A stretch of 64,000 nt of DNA from the NCBI GenBank assembly GCA_964016885.1, contig OZ024742.1, positions 116,064,001 through 116,128,000 of the forward strand, given 5' to 3'. The stretch comes from Eledone cirrhosa. Lineage: Eukaryota. The notes under the pieces were generated by a model. The model had not been told where the DNA came from. It worked only from the letters and a program-made list of their open reading frames with translations, and did not search any database. A program made the translations under genes and the position numbers. This document shows, in pieces, positions 42,233-55,947 of the stretch; within the stretch, counting starts at the first letter, position 1, and each line of letters starts with the position of its first letter.

Positions 42233-43339
42233 AATGGTATCTAAAATGCTTCCATAGGAGGTATGCCGGTTGAGCACTCTATGTTCCTACGAAAGAGAGT
42301 ATTATAGAATGGAAAACGAAAAAGCAGTGATGCATCAGAACTCAATTTATTGTGTGTTACAATTGTTTCTCCCGGCGAACATCTTGTGTGGATCTACCTG
42401 ACTCTAGACACGCAGGTTCCTCGGACACGTGTATTGCTTTCTGCGCATATCCTCTTTCTGGGGTTTTCTGGCCCTACAAGCCTATATCGTCCACCTACAT
42501 CCGCTTTGCGCGTCCTTGGGTTGGTCTCTGGTTAGTGGCTTCGTCATTATTCTTAGCACTTGAAGCAGCACGCTGACCGTCAGGGCGTGAGCTGTAACTC
42601 GCCCACTGCCGCGTCGGCATATATATGAGAGAGAGAGAGAGTTGCAGAAGAATGTTGCTTATAAGTGGTTGTTACGTCTTGAGATAAGTGTATCCGAGGG
42701 AACCGAAACCACTTAACATCTTTATTTTATACCAGGTAAGAGTTAGTGATGAGGAGTGACGGAGTATTCATTTATCAAATAGGAGTAGTTAAGACTGGGA
42801 TTATTTCACCATAATTGTTTATTGCATGATATTAATCTGTTTCATGGTTATGCACGTGTCTTCATCAAATGCTTATGTAATCATATAGGTGCAGTTATGC
42901 AATCATTGGGATATGCTGCTAGCCATGTATAACCATCCTGTTGTGATAGCCAGCAGAGGTATATTTGATCTTGGGAATTTTAACCGCCCTATATAATATA
43001 TAGGGCGGGTAAAATATATATATTTATATTTATGCAAAAGGTCTATTTAAAATTGTTGGGATACAACAAGTAAATGTTTTATAACTGATATAAAGCATTC
43101 GACAAGTTTTTGGAGTAGATATACAATATTAATAAATAGAAACTATATTTATAAAACCATATTTATTTCATTATACATATTTCAGGGATACCAAATTAAA
43201 ATATGGTATATGGTATAGAGCTATTGATAAGAATCTCCATAACACACATAGCTCTACACGAAATCAAGGAATACGTAACCGGGGGACTAAAATACAAGCG
43301 CACACACACAGTACCGCCAGACATACTAATAATAGAAAA

Positions 43340-44141
43340 TCACCACCAAATAAATCACGTTGTAGAAAGTATATCTGGTATAATCCTATTTTTAATGCCT
43401 CGATTAGTACAAAACTATCTCTTTCTTTCTTTAAGTTAATCAACAAGTATTTCCCTAGTTCCCATAAATACAGTAACATTCTGAACTCTAAAACTATTAG
43501 ACTATCATACTCCACGGCACCAAACCTTGAAGCATACATAAAACAAATTTAACTTAAAGCAATTAAACAACACTACAAAACAAAATATTTTGGTAACAGA
43601 TGGGCAGAACGTAATATCTGCCTCCCAACCACTAAATGGGAGACGGGTATTACACAACCCACCAGTACTGCTATCACAACCTATCCATGTTATACCCGCT
43701 ACCCACAACAAAATATGTAACTGCCATCTACCTGAAAGATGTCCATTGAAGAACGAATGCCTAAAGTCCAACATTGTTTACCAATGCACGGTTGAATCGA
43801 ACGACCAGAAATGGTATTACATCGGATCTACTACCACCTCGTTTAAATCTCCCTGGCACCGTCATCGATTCTCAATCAAACATCCTGATCACCGTTTTGT
43901 GACCACGCTCGCCAACAAGACCTGGCAACTCCGTGAACCCAACCAACAATTCACTTCAAAATGGGATATACTTTCCAGCGCAAGTGCATATCGGAGTGGA
44001 TTGAAATACTGTAGGTTATGTAACCTTGAACTCTTCTACATATTAAAATTCAAAAATAAACTACTTAACGATAGAATCGAACGATCATTATACTGCAACC
44101 ACAAACTAAAAGCTAAATTATCTCACTATAAAATAACTTAA
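43340..44141 (+). pseudogene. Penelope-like (Naiad-type) linker + GIY-YIG endonuclease remnant
   Basis: RCRKYIWYNPIFN...KYFPSSHKY...TIRLSYSTAPNL, then CNCHLPERCPLKNEC..IVYQC..YYIGSTTTSFK..HR..CRLCNLE..LLNDR..CNHK. Confidence 0.92.
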
Positions 44142-44617
44142 TATTCGAACCCGTAACTACAACGTCGCTTTCTAGCTAACCACCTTCTCTTCCCCCACAC
44201 TACAAGACAATACCCTGCTTATCACTATAAATGGTAACTCAGTGCAATTCGCGGATTACTACTACGAACCCAAAGTTCAGCCACCCCATAGACCTCGTCT
44301 GTCCCCTCTCTATCTCTCCCTCTATATGCATTCCACTCTCTCTCTCTCGCCTTTGACCTACCTCCCTCCCTCTCCACATCTATGAACCTGCCCTCTGGGG
44401 CAATAAATAATTCCTACCCTGACTATCAACGCATCTCTCTAAAAGTAACCAGTATAATGAAACCCCTACCACAACATTTTGATTAAGATATCTACAAACC
44501 ACTCTCTCCTATTTCTCCAACCCCTGCATATCTTTCTCTCTCTCTCCCTCTCCCCTACTTTGCTCTCTTCCTTTTATACTCTATCTGCTCCAATAACCTC
44601 ACTTATTTTAACCATTC

Positions 44618-44729
44618 TGCTCTGATGATACAGTGGTCACAGCATTTGATATTTGAGTTCTGCAAATAGTTGATAATTTGCACATAGCATAACTAGGTTG
44701 TACTACCACCGTGGAAACATTTGTAAGCA
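44618..44729 (+). ncRNA. Hammerhead candidate with extended stem II in the 3' pLTR of the 43340 element
   Basis: tgct-CTGATGA-tacagtggt...accaccgtg-GAAA-catttg-TA|agca. Confidence 0.7.
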
Positions 44730-44777
44730 CACGGAATAAATTACTTTTTTTATGATGTCTACCTGTTATTATTCATT

Positions 44778-44906
<129 letters not shown>

Positions 44907-45114
44907 TATGCGTGTGTGTGTGTGTGTGTGTATAAATATATGTAAATATATATATATGTCTATCCCGGGTTCAATCGGGAGTAATCACAGTAAGTAAGGT
45001 ACTAAATACATAGCAGAGTATAAATATTCAATACAGAAATGGCTTCTACAGAGGACTAGAAGAATAAAATATTTTTAGTCCTGTAAAAGCAATTTCTATA
45101 TGTAAATATATGTA

Positions 45115-45192
<78 letters not shown>

Positions 45193-45220
45193 GAAAATGA
45201 ACAACACAAAATATGACTAT

Positions 45221-45288
45221 TCCATTACCAAAGGTTTCTGGATCACAGACGATAGTAATATATACGTCTGGATCGGTCGTCAGATAGA
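45221..45288 (-). ncRNA. Hammerhead candidate overlapping an 84-bp perfect palindrome (45258-45341)
   Basis: tctat-CTGACGA-cc gatc cagacg...cgtctg t gatc ca-GAAA-cctttgg-TA|atgga. Confidence 0.7.
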
Positions 45289-45333
45289 GATGTTATGGAT
45301 CCATAACATCTCTATCTGACGACCGATCCAGAC

Positions 45334-45383
<50 letters not shown>

Positions 45384-45388
<5 letters not shown>

Positions 45389-46564
45389 CAAGAAAGTAAT
45401 TTCGTTTTTTGCAAATAGATAGTTACGCTTTCCTTTAATGGCTCTTGCCAAAGTTATGATTGTTTCCTTTTGACAGTTGATAGCCATTCGCTTTAGCTTA
45501 CAGTGTCTATTTTAACATGGAGTTCAAAAACAAACATTTTTGCCATATTTTGCTTTTTTATTTCTGTAAAGGCAAGGAAGCTGCTGAGTCTCTCAAAGAG
45601 ATATGTGAAGTTTATGATGATGATTGTTCTGGGGATTTTTCATTCAAAGATGATCAACGTTCTAGTCGACCTACTGAAGTTGATGATAACCGAATTAAAG
45701 CCATAATTGAATCTGATTGTCATATATCTGTGAGACAGATTGCAGACAGGTTAAATGTATCACACACATTAATTGAAAATCACTTAAAATGTCTTGGACT
45801 CGTTAAGAAGCTCGATATTTGGGTTTCACATAAATTGAAAGAGATTCACTTAACACAACGAATCAATATTTGCAATATGCTTCTCAAACGCCATGAAATC
45901 GACATATTTTCGAAATGAATCCTCACTGGTGATGAAAAATGGATTGTCTACAATAACATCAATCGAAAACGATGATGGTACAATCCTAATGAAGCAGCAC
46001 AAATCACTTGAAAAGTTGAATTGCATAAAAAAAGGTCATGTTGTCAATTTGGTGGGATTACAATGTTATTGTATGTTTTGAGCTGCTTGAAAGGAACCAA
46101 ACGATCCATTCAGATGTTTACTGTCAACAACTAATGAAACTGGAGGAAGCTATGAAAGAAAAACGGCCAGAATTGGCAAATCGTAAACGAATCGGGTTCC
46201 ACCATGACCACACACAATATTGCTATCTCGTGAAAAATTATTGGAGCTCGGTTGGGAAGTGATGTCCCATTCACCATATAGCCCTGATCTTACACCATCA
46301 GATTACCATTAATTTAGAAGTGTGCAAAATTCTTTCAATGGTAAAACTTTCAATAATTATGATGACCTGTAATCGCACTTGCTTCAGTTTTTTTTAGATA
46401 AGGACTTGAAGTTCTATGAGCGCGGAATCATAAAGTTGCAAGAAAGATGGAAAAGGGACATCGAACAAACTGAAAATATATATAATTGATTAAAGTTAAT
46501 TCTTTGTATGAAAAAAAATTACTTTTATTTTGCACTAAAAAACCGAAATTACTTTCTTGCCAAT
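45384..46564 (+). mobile_element. Decayed mariner (DD34D-type, mellifera-subfamily-like) with both TIRs
   Basis: TIRs attggcaagaaagtaatttcg / cgaaattactttcttgccaat; HFCHILLFYF, WVSHKL, TGDEKW, SIWWD and YSPDLTPSDY motifs broken by stops, frameshifts and deletions. Confidence 0.92.
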
Positions 46565-46572
46565 CGAATATA

Positions 46573-46610
<38 letters not shown>

Positions 46611-47109
46611 CAAATGTAAATATGTATATATCTGTGTATGTGTATGCCTGCGTGTGGGTCTGTGTGCATGTGCTTGTGTGCATGTGCGTTTGTTTAAGAT
46701 CTTATCAAACGACCAAATGCAGTATAAGATCGACCTTTACCCATAAACAAGTGAAGCAGGCAGTGTTGCTCAACGCCATACTAATGTCAACTCGGGGACA
46801 ACAATATTTCTGTGGACATTTTAAACACTGAGCCCAAAACCACCTATCAGCCTGTACTCTTTACGCTTCTTAATTTCTCTCATATCTTTCGGGTATGATT
46901 TCCTTTTTCACTGAGACACCTACGCTCAACACACGTTCAGTAAATCAAATAAGCAAAGCCATTCCTGTTTTGTACCGAAGAATTTATAAGGATTATAGAA
47001 TTGTTTTTATCAAACAGCTAAATAGAATTTATTACAATACAAAATATCCAGTAATAAAATGACATGTACAATATACATGGGAATAAGAAAACATTAATTA
47101 GAGGAAAAT

Positions 47110-47480
47110 ATTTTTTCTACTTTTGTTACAAGGCTAGCAAATACTCAGTCCATTACTGATACTTTATTTTATCGACCCCGTAAGGATAAAAGGCAAATTA
47201 ACCTCGGTGGGATTTGAACTCAGAACGTAAAGGGCCATAACTATATGCTGCAAAGCATGGTGTCTGATGCTCTACCGATACTGCAAAATAATTGTTTCTA
47301 CCTTTGCCAGAAGGCCAGCAATTATCCCAATGTATTAGTGGTGCTTTATTTTATCGACCCCGTAAGGATGAAAGGCAAAGTTAACCTCGGCGGCATTTGA
47401 ACTCAGACCATAAAGGGCCGTAACTCTTTGCTGCATTACATAGCGTCAGACCCTCTAACGATAATGTCAATCCACCACCG
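47110..47480 (-). mobile_element. Two tandem SINE copies (further copies at 48545-48745 -, 48785-48990 -, 49585-49805 +, 51150-51235 +, 51915-52100 -, 56128-56350 +)
   Basis: Same tRNA-like head (tggcagtatcggtag...gagttcaaatcc) and Nin/Deu-like core. Confidence 0.88.
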
Positions 47481-47556
47481 TTGCTGCCAAATGATAGTAA
47501 TTAAACATAAAGGTAAATTAGCAACGAAAGGAATATGGGGGGGGGGGGCAGTCTCT

Positions 47557-47790
47557 TCACCCACGTCTAAACGGTGTTTCGGCTGTGGTTAAAATGGCAA
47601 AGGTATCGCCGTGGAGAATGACTGGCAAGACCCATTGCAACAGCCAATCCACTTCACGAGGTTTCTTCTTCGGGAGAGCTGCTATCGTTCCGATCTTACA
47701 AAGGGAATCACTAATGAGGGGATCATTGTCACCTAATGTCTCGACAATGACTTGTACGAAATGGAAGCAGTATTCAAGCCCAAGTATTTA
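47557..47790 (-). pseudogene. 3' end of a CRE-clade non-LTR retrotransposon ORF (restriction-like endonuclease C-terminus)
   Basis: My translation 47775->47557: EYCFHFVQVIVETLGDNDP...LCKIG...KPREVDWLLQWVLPVILHGDTFAIL; this fits the F.P.AVETLG...RE..WL.QR.S.A..RGN pattern. Confidence 0.7.
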
Positions 47791-50193
47791 ATTATATTCC
47801 TCTCCCCTGCATATGAATATATATATGTAGCGTCTTGTAAATCCTGATGGGTCATATGAACGGGTCGTGAACTTGCAGACTCGTTATAGCGTTCGACAAA
47901 ATGCGTTGCGGTACTTTTTCAGGCTCTTTGCCTTCTTTCCTCCTTTTCTCCATTTTCTTTTCATTAACATACTTGTCTTATTGATTATATGTTTCTCCGT
48001 CATTCTTCTCCCATGCCTCATAGTTCATTTTTCTTTCGTTTTAGTTTCTTTCTTTCTTTTTAGTTTCTTTCTTTCAATAATTTTTTTCAAATTTGTTTCA
48101 TTATTTTCATTATGTTTTCTAATATGTTGTTTTTCTTATTAGCAAAATCATTAGATATTCAGAGGAACGTGTAGTATTATTTAGTTACGGTCCTTTACCT
48201 TCTCATTTCCAATCCCCATTACTCATTTTTAACCTTATCATTCATTATCCCAAGTTTAATGAAATAAAGCATTAGTCTTAATTGATGTCGATTTATATTG
48301 CTATAATGCATTCTAATCATGAAGGAATTTCGTTAGATAAGGCAAGAACCTTTCTCCCCAGTTATCTACATAATGTTATTCTTCTTGTAATGATCTATGT
48401 GTGCTCCATCGTTACGCCTTAAACAACCTAAACTATGGAACGTAAACAAAAATAGAACTGAAACCTTAGATGTAACGCAGGCTCAATTGAAACCATTAAT
48501 ATAACGAAGTTATAACCAAACTCTTTAATATAATGGTTTATGATGTAGTCACAAGGCCAATAATTATATGGAGAGGCGAAAGTCGATCAAATCGACCCCG
48601 GTGCGTTACTGGTACTTTATTTTATCGACCATGAAATGCAAAGCAAACCTCGGTGAGATTTGAATTCAGATCGAGAAGGATCGTAACTCTACGCCATAAA
48701 GCATGCTGTCCGACGCTCCAGTGATACAGCCAATCGACCGCCCTCTAATCCCTTTAATATAATAGTTTATTATGGTTTATGATTTAGACACAAGGCCACC
48801 AATTTGTTTTTTGTGTGTTGGGGGGGGGGTATTCAATCGACCCCGGTGCATAACTGGTACTTTATTTCATCGACCCCGTAAGGATGAAAGGCAAAGCTAA
48901 CCTCGGCGGGATTTGAACGTAATGGGACTTAACTGTATGCCACGAATCATGGTGTCCGACGCTTACCGATACTGCCTATATCCCGCCCTAAACCCTTTCC
49001 TATAATAAACTTATTTTCAATTATTCAATTGAAACATCCTGAAATTATACAGTAGTGAATTATTGGGAGTTGATTTAATCGACTTTGTCTTTTTTATATT
49101 TAAATCTGCTAATGTCAACATAGTTTTCATCTGATAGTGTCAACGAGTAAAGATCCAATTAATTTCTGAGATCTATGTCATCGATTGTAGATATTATCAA
49201 TTAAGTTGAGGATTCGCTGCAATTTTATGACGATTAATCAAATGTCATATGGTATAACGTTACCAAATATGGCTGATATCACATCCCACTCTAGTTAACT
49301 GTACATTTCATAGTGACGATTTCGACTACATTAATGAGAGTGAAATACTACTTCATTGTAATCAATGTGAGGGATTCGAACAATACCTTCAGTATTTACT
49401 TATGTCCTTTTGGGTGCTGATTTCAAATTCCGTGAAGAAGAAACATTCTACAATAAAATATCACAAGACAAGTATTTATTTTCATCTAATAATTCAATAG
49501 ACTATCGTAGTTACAAATAGAATTATGGTAACCGAAAATGACTATATGTGTTTGTTGAAAATTCTTATTATTACTTCAGCTATTGAAGGCGGTGGATTGG
49601 CAGTATCAGTAGAGGGTCGGGCGCCATGTTTGCAGCATAGAGTTACGGCCTTTTATGATCTGAGTTCAAATCACGCCAAGGGTAACTTTACCTTTCATGC
49701 TTACGGGGTCGATAAAATAAAGTGCCAGTCACTCACTGGGGTGGATTTAATCGACGTTCCCCTCCCCCCAAATGGCTGGCCTTGTGCCAATATAAGAAAC
49801 CATTACTTCATCTATTTTTACTACTAGGTGCTAACGACAAAACTAAAAGTAGTCCCTCGATCTACTAGATATAATAACCACACATCCCTTAAATTTCCCA
49901 TTTAACCCCAGTTTACAGGTCAAACAAATTGGATAATCTACTTCAGGATATATGATGTCTGAATATGAGCGGCAGAGGTCACGGCTAGAATGCCTTCAAT
50001 CATAACTCTTATCATGCGAGCCAGATTTCAAATTAAGAAAACACTAGCAGTAGTGTTATTAGAAATGCTGCTGGTTCGATAACAGATCACAAGCTAGGGA
50101 GCTGCAATTGTTGGCAGAGGCCTACTAATTTGAGGGAGATTTTCTCTTCAAGTTTATTTCTCTTTAATTATATATTGTTATTCTAAGCATGTG

Positions 50194-50234
<41 letters not shown>

Positions 50235-50933
50235 GGGGGAGAGGGGGAGGAAGGGGGGGGGGGAGGAGAAATTAATAAATCCCATTTTGTAATTGAAGGA
50301 TTAATATTTGTTATGTAACTGACACGTGTTTCATTAATATGCAAGTGAGCACATCTAGAACTGCTAATCCGATGTATGATTTCGGGGATTCTGAATTCCA
50401 ATATTCTGCTTCAACTGTTTACATATCAGCTTGTCGAGTTCTAACAATGTTTTTATTCACACAGGGAAATATATATAGAGAGAAAAAGAGAAGGTGCGTC
50501 GCTAAGGAGAAACGTAGGTTATATAAAGTCATAACGTTTCGAAATATCAACAGCTATACTGGGAGACGGTGTCAAATAGGATTATAGAGGAGGACTGAAG
50601 GATTTATAACTTTATCATTAGCATTGATAATATCATCATTATTATTGTTGTTTTAATTTAGAAAATAATAATAACAATAAAATTAGGATTTTTCGGCTCA
50701 ACTCCGAATCAAATATAGTCTCTGTACTGTTAGTGATTCCTTTTATAGATTAACTGATTATGCAATCTGAATGTGATGAAGTTGCTAGGGTCCTACGTAA
50801 CCAGGCCATTGAAATATATTTTTTTGTAACTATAAAATGTTAAGTCAATAGTCCGATCTCCTGTTTTCTTAATTATATATGATGATTTCTCCCGAATAAA
50901 ACAGTTCTAGTCCTGTAGAAGCCTTTTCTATAT

Positions 50934-51047
<114 letters not shown>

Positions 51048-51288
51048 CGCATTCACAAATATTCATATGTATTTAACGTTGATTTCTGAAATAATTAATG
51101 TCAATGTGCAGTTAAAATTGGGGCTTATACTTCGATACTAATATTACTATTGCCACCTTACGGGGTCGATAAAATAAAGTACCAGTAATGAACTGGGTTA
51201 TTGCTGGCCTTGTGCCTGAAGTAGAAACAAATATTACTATTGCCACCATCACCACCGCTACTACTACTAGTACTACTACTACTACTAT

Positions 51289-51333
<45 letters not shown>

Positions 51334-52239
51334 AACTACTACTACTACTACCATCACTGCTGCTGCTGCTGCTGCTGCTATGGCTGCTGTTACTAGTAAA
51401 CTACTGATGCTGGTGTGTTTGTTGTTGTTACTACTGATTTCATTGTTCGGAGTCTGTCGCTTGCTGTTGCTGGTATTATGTTATACAGATACAATTTCGT
51501 CAGTAAGTTAATCATAGGACTTCTGAGAATCTAAGATATCACATTCTTGCAAAAAATTACCCACCACTACTCAGCGTTCACCATCAACATCAACAACACA
51601 CACTCCCATCCACCACTACCACCCCATGCTCACTACTTTACGCTCATCACCACACGGTCACCACCGCATCTATCACATTCCCCACCTCCACCATGACAAC
51701 GACACAAGTACCTTCAACGATATTATATATCAAAACACACAGAATAACTAAGCAATAACTTCACATGGTAATGAGGGTAGAGTGCCTCTAAATAGATGCT
51801 CGAAATAGTAGACACGTCTCTCTCATGTTGATATATTTTAAGACCTACCCTTCTAACATATAAAGGACACGTAGCAGAATATAGTCCAATGATGATGAAG
51901 TTAGTGATAATAAGTGTTTCTCCTTTGCTTTTTTTGGCCCAAGGCCAGCAATTATCCCAGTGCATTACTTGTGCTTTATGTTATCGACTCCGTAAGGATG
52001 AAATGCAAGTTTAACCTCGACGGTATTTTAACTCAGACCGCAAAGGGCCGTAACTCTATGCTGCAAAACATGGCGTCCGAGCCTGTACCGATTCTGTCAA
52101 ATATAATAGTTGGTGATAATAATGTTAATAATAATGATGGTGACGTCGACGATAGTGAAAATTATTTAATATTGTGTTGGCATATTAATTGCCATTTATA
52201 TTATCGATGTTGATGATAAAAGGGAGTATGGTGTCGTTT

Positions 52240-52316
52240 GAAGATGATGACAGCGATGATGATGATGGTGATGATGACGGTGATGATGATGGCGATGATG
52301 ATGACGATGATGATGT

Positions 52317-52348
<32 letters not shown>

Positions 52349-52437
52349 TCGATAAATATATCGATGACAAAAAATAGTTACCGATGATGAGGATGAAGAG
52401 TGAGATAGTATTTATGTTGATAGGGATTGTGTCTGTC

Positions 52438-52472
<35 letters not shown>

Positions 52473-52700
52473 CGATGGTGTTGATGATGACAACGAAGAG
52501 AAAGAGGATATGAATGCGGATGCCGATGGCGATGATGATAATGATGATTAAGGTGATGATAATTATGGTGATGATAATGGTGATAATGTCGATAACGATA
52601 ATGACAACGATGATGATGATGATGCTGTCACAGCAACGACGCTAATTATGATGATAGTGATATAGGGATGCTGAAGACTAGTTACCGACTAGTTAATGAA

Positions 52701-52730
<30 letters not shown>
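52240..52730. repeat. Degenerate (GAT)n field; (ACT)n/(GCT)n at 51255-51380
   Basis: Trinucleotide low complexity. Confidence 0.9.
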
Positions 52731-52731
<1 letters not shown>

Positions 52732-53065
52732 TCGAGGATAGTTATGTTGATGATGGTAGCGATAGTCAAAAGTGTTTATGAAGATGGAAAATAATAGTTA
52801 AATGATGGAGATTTATCTAAATAGATATTATTGAGAATTATGAATGAAATGCGAAGCTATGACCTGCATGTATGTACGCATGCGCTGATGACATATCCAA
52901 TGGCAATTATATTATGGAGGAGATTAAAGAGAATTAAAATGAGAATAGCAGCAATCATTCGTCATAATAGCAGTAACATCAACAACAATCGGGAAAATAT
53001 CGATTTGTATTGATCACCCACTGAGGGGTATTTTAAATGATCAGTATAGATGATTGTATTGAATG

Positions 53066-53146
<81 letters not shown>

Positions 53147-53160
53147 CATATATATATATA

Positions 53161-53226
<66 letters not shown>

Positions 53227-53237
53227 TATACAAATAC

Positions 53238-53302
<65 letters not shown>

Positions 53303-53306
<4 letters not shown>

Positions 53307-55830
53307 ATTCAAATAACAGATTAAAGTTTAAGCAAAGAATCGCTGCTTTCACCATTACCGGATCTTCTGAAATAAAAAAGTCAATCTGTGAACGCAGAAG
53401 TAATTATTTCAAAAAACGTTACAACCGAAGGAAGTGGTTAAGGATTTCGAAGTCGACGTCGTCCTCGATGCTCGTAAGTCGGTGATTAATTTCGACGACT
53501 CTATTTGGATTAAAAAATAAAAATCTAATAGTTCCCCATTCGACGTGAGTATGGGCGCCAGCGATTCTGCGGAGGTTACTGATCTTATCGGCCTTTTTCT
53601 TCTTTTCTCTATCTAGGAAGGATTCCCCAACGTGGGCGGTGGTTTGTACCGTGATGACGGTCTATTGACCATGATAATGTGCGGCCCACGTGATTGCGAC
53701 AGGTTCAGAAAGGAACTCAACCTTCTTTAAAGGCTTCAACGTATCCATACACGTTGAGGCCAACCTCTCGGTCATTAATTACCTCGACGTTACCCTCAAT
53801 TTGTCGAATGGCTTGCACTACCCGTGTAGAAAGCCGAATGATACGCTTAATTACATAAGTAAGCACTCTAACCATCCTGCCATCATAACCAAGAACCTGG
53901 TAAGAAACGTTTTTTTGAGGCTTTCCCGTCTATCTACAAACGAACATATTTTCAACGACTATTCCACATATTACAATGAAGCTCTTGCTCGGAGTGGATT
54001 TGTCGCTAAGGTAGCTTATACTGAGTACGAGAATAGACTTAGGAAAAATAGATCCCGACGCATTATATGGTATAACCCACCATATATTATGGAGGTGGCC
54101 ACACCATTAGGTAAGATCTTTCTCTCCCTTATTATGAAGCATTTCCCCCCAGCACATAAACATAGTAAATTTTTTCATAGAAATACCATTAAAATTCCTT
54201 ACTCTACGACTCCTAACCTTGCACATAGCATTACAGCTTCAAATTTAGCTAAATTACCTAGCCGTAGGAACACGTGCAACCCTGTAGCTAGTACTAACTG
54301 TAATTATAGGAATCGGGTTGACTGCTCCCTATCCGGGAAATGCCTCTACAAATGTATGGTTGAAACACCCACGTCCCGTAGGGCCTACATAGGGTTAACC
54401 ACCAATAGCTTCAAGCAGCGTCTTTACATGCATACCCATTCTTTTCTTATCCCTTTAAGAAGGAATATAACGTCACTTTCAGCTTATATCTGGAGTCTAA
54501 AAGACAACCACACCCAATATAAGCTACACTGGGAGATCCTAGCTAGAGCTAGATCGTATAACGGAAATAAAAGACCATGTGTCCTCTGCGCCGCGGAGGC
54601 CCTGGAAATATTCTACGCCAAAGACGACATCTTAAACTAACAATCCCGAGGCAATTTCGGCTTGTAAACATAAATTGAATAAAACTGTCCTGTATTACAG
54701 CCCAACATTATACCCTAACGTATAGAACGAACTAAACGCGGAGATTTTACGTCTTGATGTGGTAGCTAAGTATATTTTATGTTTATATCATTACTTATTT
54801 GTATAAGTAAGTATATATTACCTGTATGGTTTGTGTGGTACGTATACCTTCTTGTACGTATATTTGCTTGTATATGTTATGGCGTATATATTATATATTC
54901 TGGTACATGTGCATTTGGTTATGTGTATACGTGAGTTTTGCGTCTGTATGAGTATGCGGATTCGTAAGTATGTAGGGTGTGTGCATATGTGTACTTTGTG
55001 TTTTGGTTGACGTACGTCCGCGAACATATGTGTATTTACATGTAGGTATGTGTGTATGCGCGTTATATACGTATTTATGTGTGTATATTTATATACGTTT
55101 ATTTAATTATGTATACACGCACACACACACACATATATATATATATTTATATATATTTTTATGTGTATGTGTATACGACCGTATGTGTGCGGGTACAGGC
55201 GTTGCGTGGGTTCTGTATGAGCGTGCGGTGTTTTTTTTTTTTGTCTTTTTGTGTACGTGCTTTTTTGCATACCCATGGCGAGTGTTTTCGTGTATGCTTG
55301 TGTATGTACGTATTTGGATGAGTGTATGTATATATTTAATTTCTATTACCTCTGTATTTTATTTACTTTATTATTAACTCTGAAGCCGAGAATCATTCGG
55401 TTTCCTAAATAGAATTTTAGTCTACGACTTCAGTTATACCATTTACGCGGTTTTGTCTTTGCGTGTAATTGTTCTCTCTGATCCCCATAATGACGTATTA
55501 TCTTCGTTTTTTCCGTTTATTGCCAGAGAATGTCTCCATGAACCACCTAATAGAATATTAGTCTAGACTTCATTAATACCATAAACGTAGTTTTGTCTTT
55601 GCGTGTAACTGTTTTCACCGCACCAAATAATGACGAATTATGTTCGTTTTTTTTCTGTTCTTTGCCAGGGATGTTTCCAAGAACCAAAGTATCGTCTTCC
55701 TGTCTTCCTCCGGTTGTAACGTTTTTTGAAATATTTCCTTTTGCATTCACAGATTGACTTTTTTAGTTTCAGAAGATCCCGTTAAGGGTGAAAGCAGCGA
55801 TTACACTTTAATTCTTTTTATTTTAATAAA
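53303..55830 (+). mobile_element. 5'-truncated Penelope-like retroelement with inverted 5' pLTR (53303-53435) and 3' pLTR (to ~55830)
   Basis: 53303-53435 is the reverse complement of ~55700-55830; TA flanks; solo pLTR tip at 37048-37120. Confidence 0.85.
53500..54700 (+). pseudogene. PLE (Naiad-type) reverse transcriptase C-half + GIY-YIG endonuclease, disrupted
   Basis: FDVSMGASDSAEVTDLIGL (from 53539), GLYRDDGL (YRDD at 53647-53658); after a frameshift, INYLDVTLNL, YISKHSNHP, IIWYNPPY, YIGLTTNSFKQR, CVLC..E. Confidence 0.95.
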
Positions 55831-55916
55831 TAGTGGCTCTACGGTTCTTATATATCTGATATATATTTATCCTTATCGAGCCCTCTTTGGATTTTAGTCT
55901 TCACATTTATTATTAC

Positions 55917-55947
<31 letters not shown>

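Noticed and set aside
51188-52493. Poly-Thr/Ala, poly-Asp and poly-Ser ORFs
   Set aside because: Trinucleotide microsatellites adjoining SINE tails, not exons.
55450-55685. 140-bp-period duplicated motif with ATGAC...GA in the PLE 3' region as a SECIS pair
   Set aside because: No apical AA at the expected spacing, poor helix, and no Sec codon upstream.
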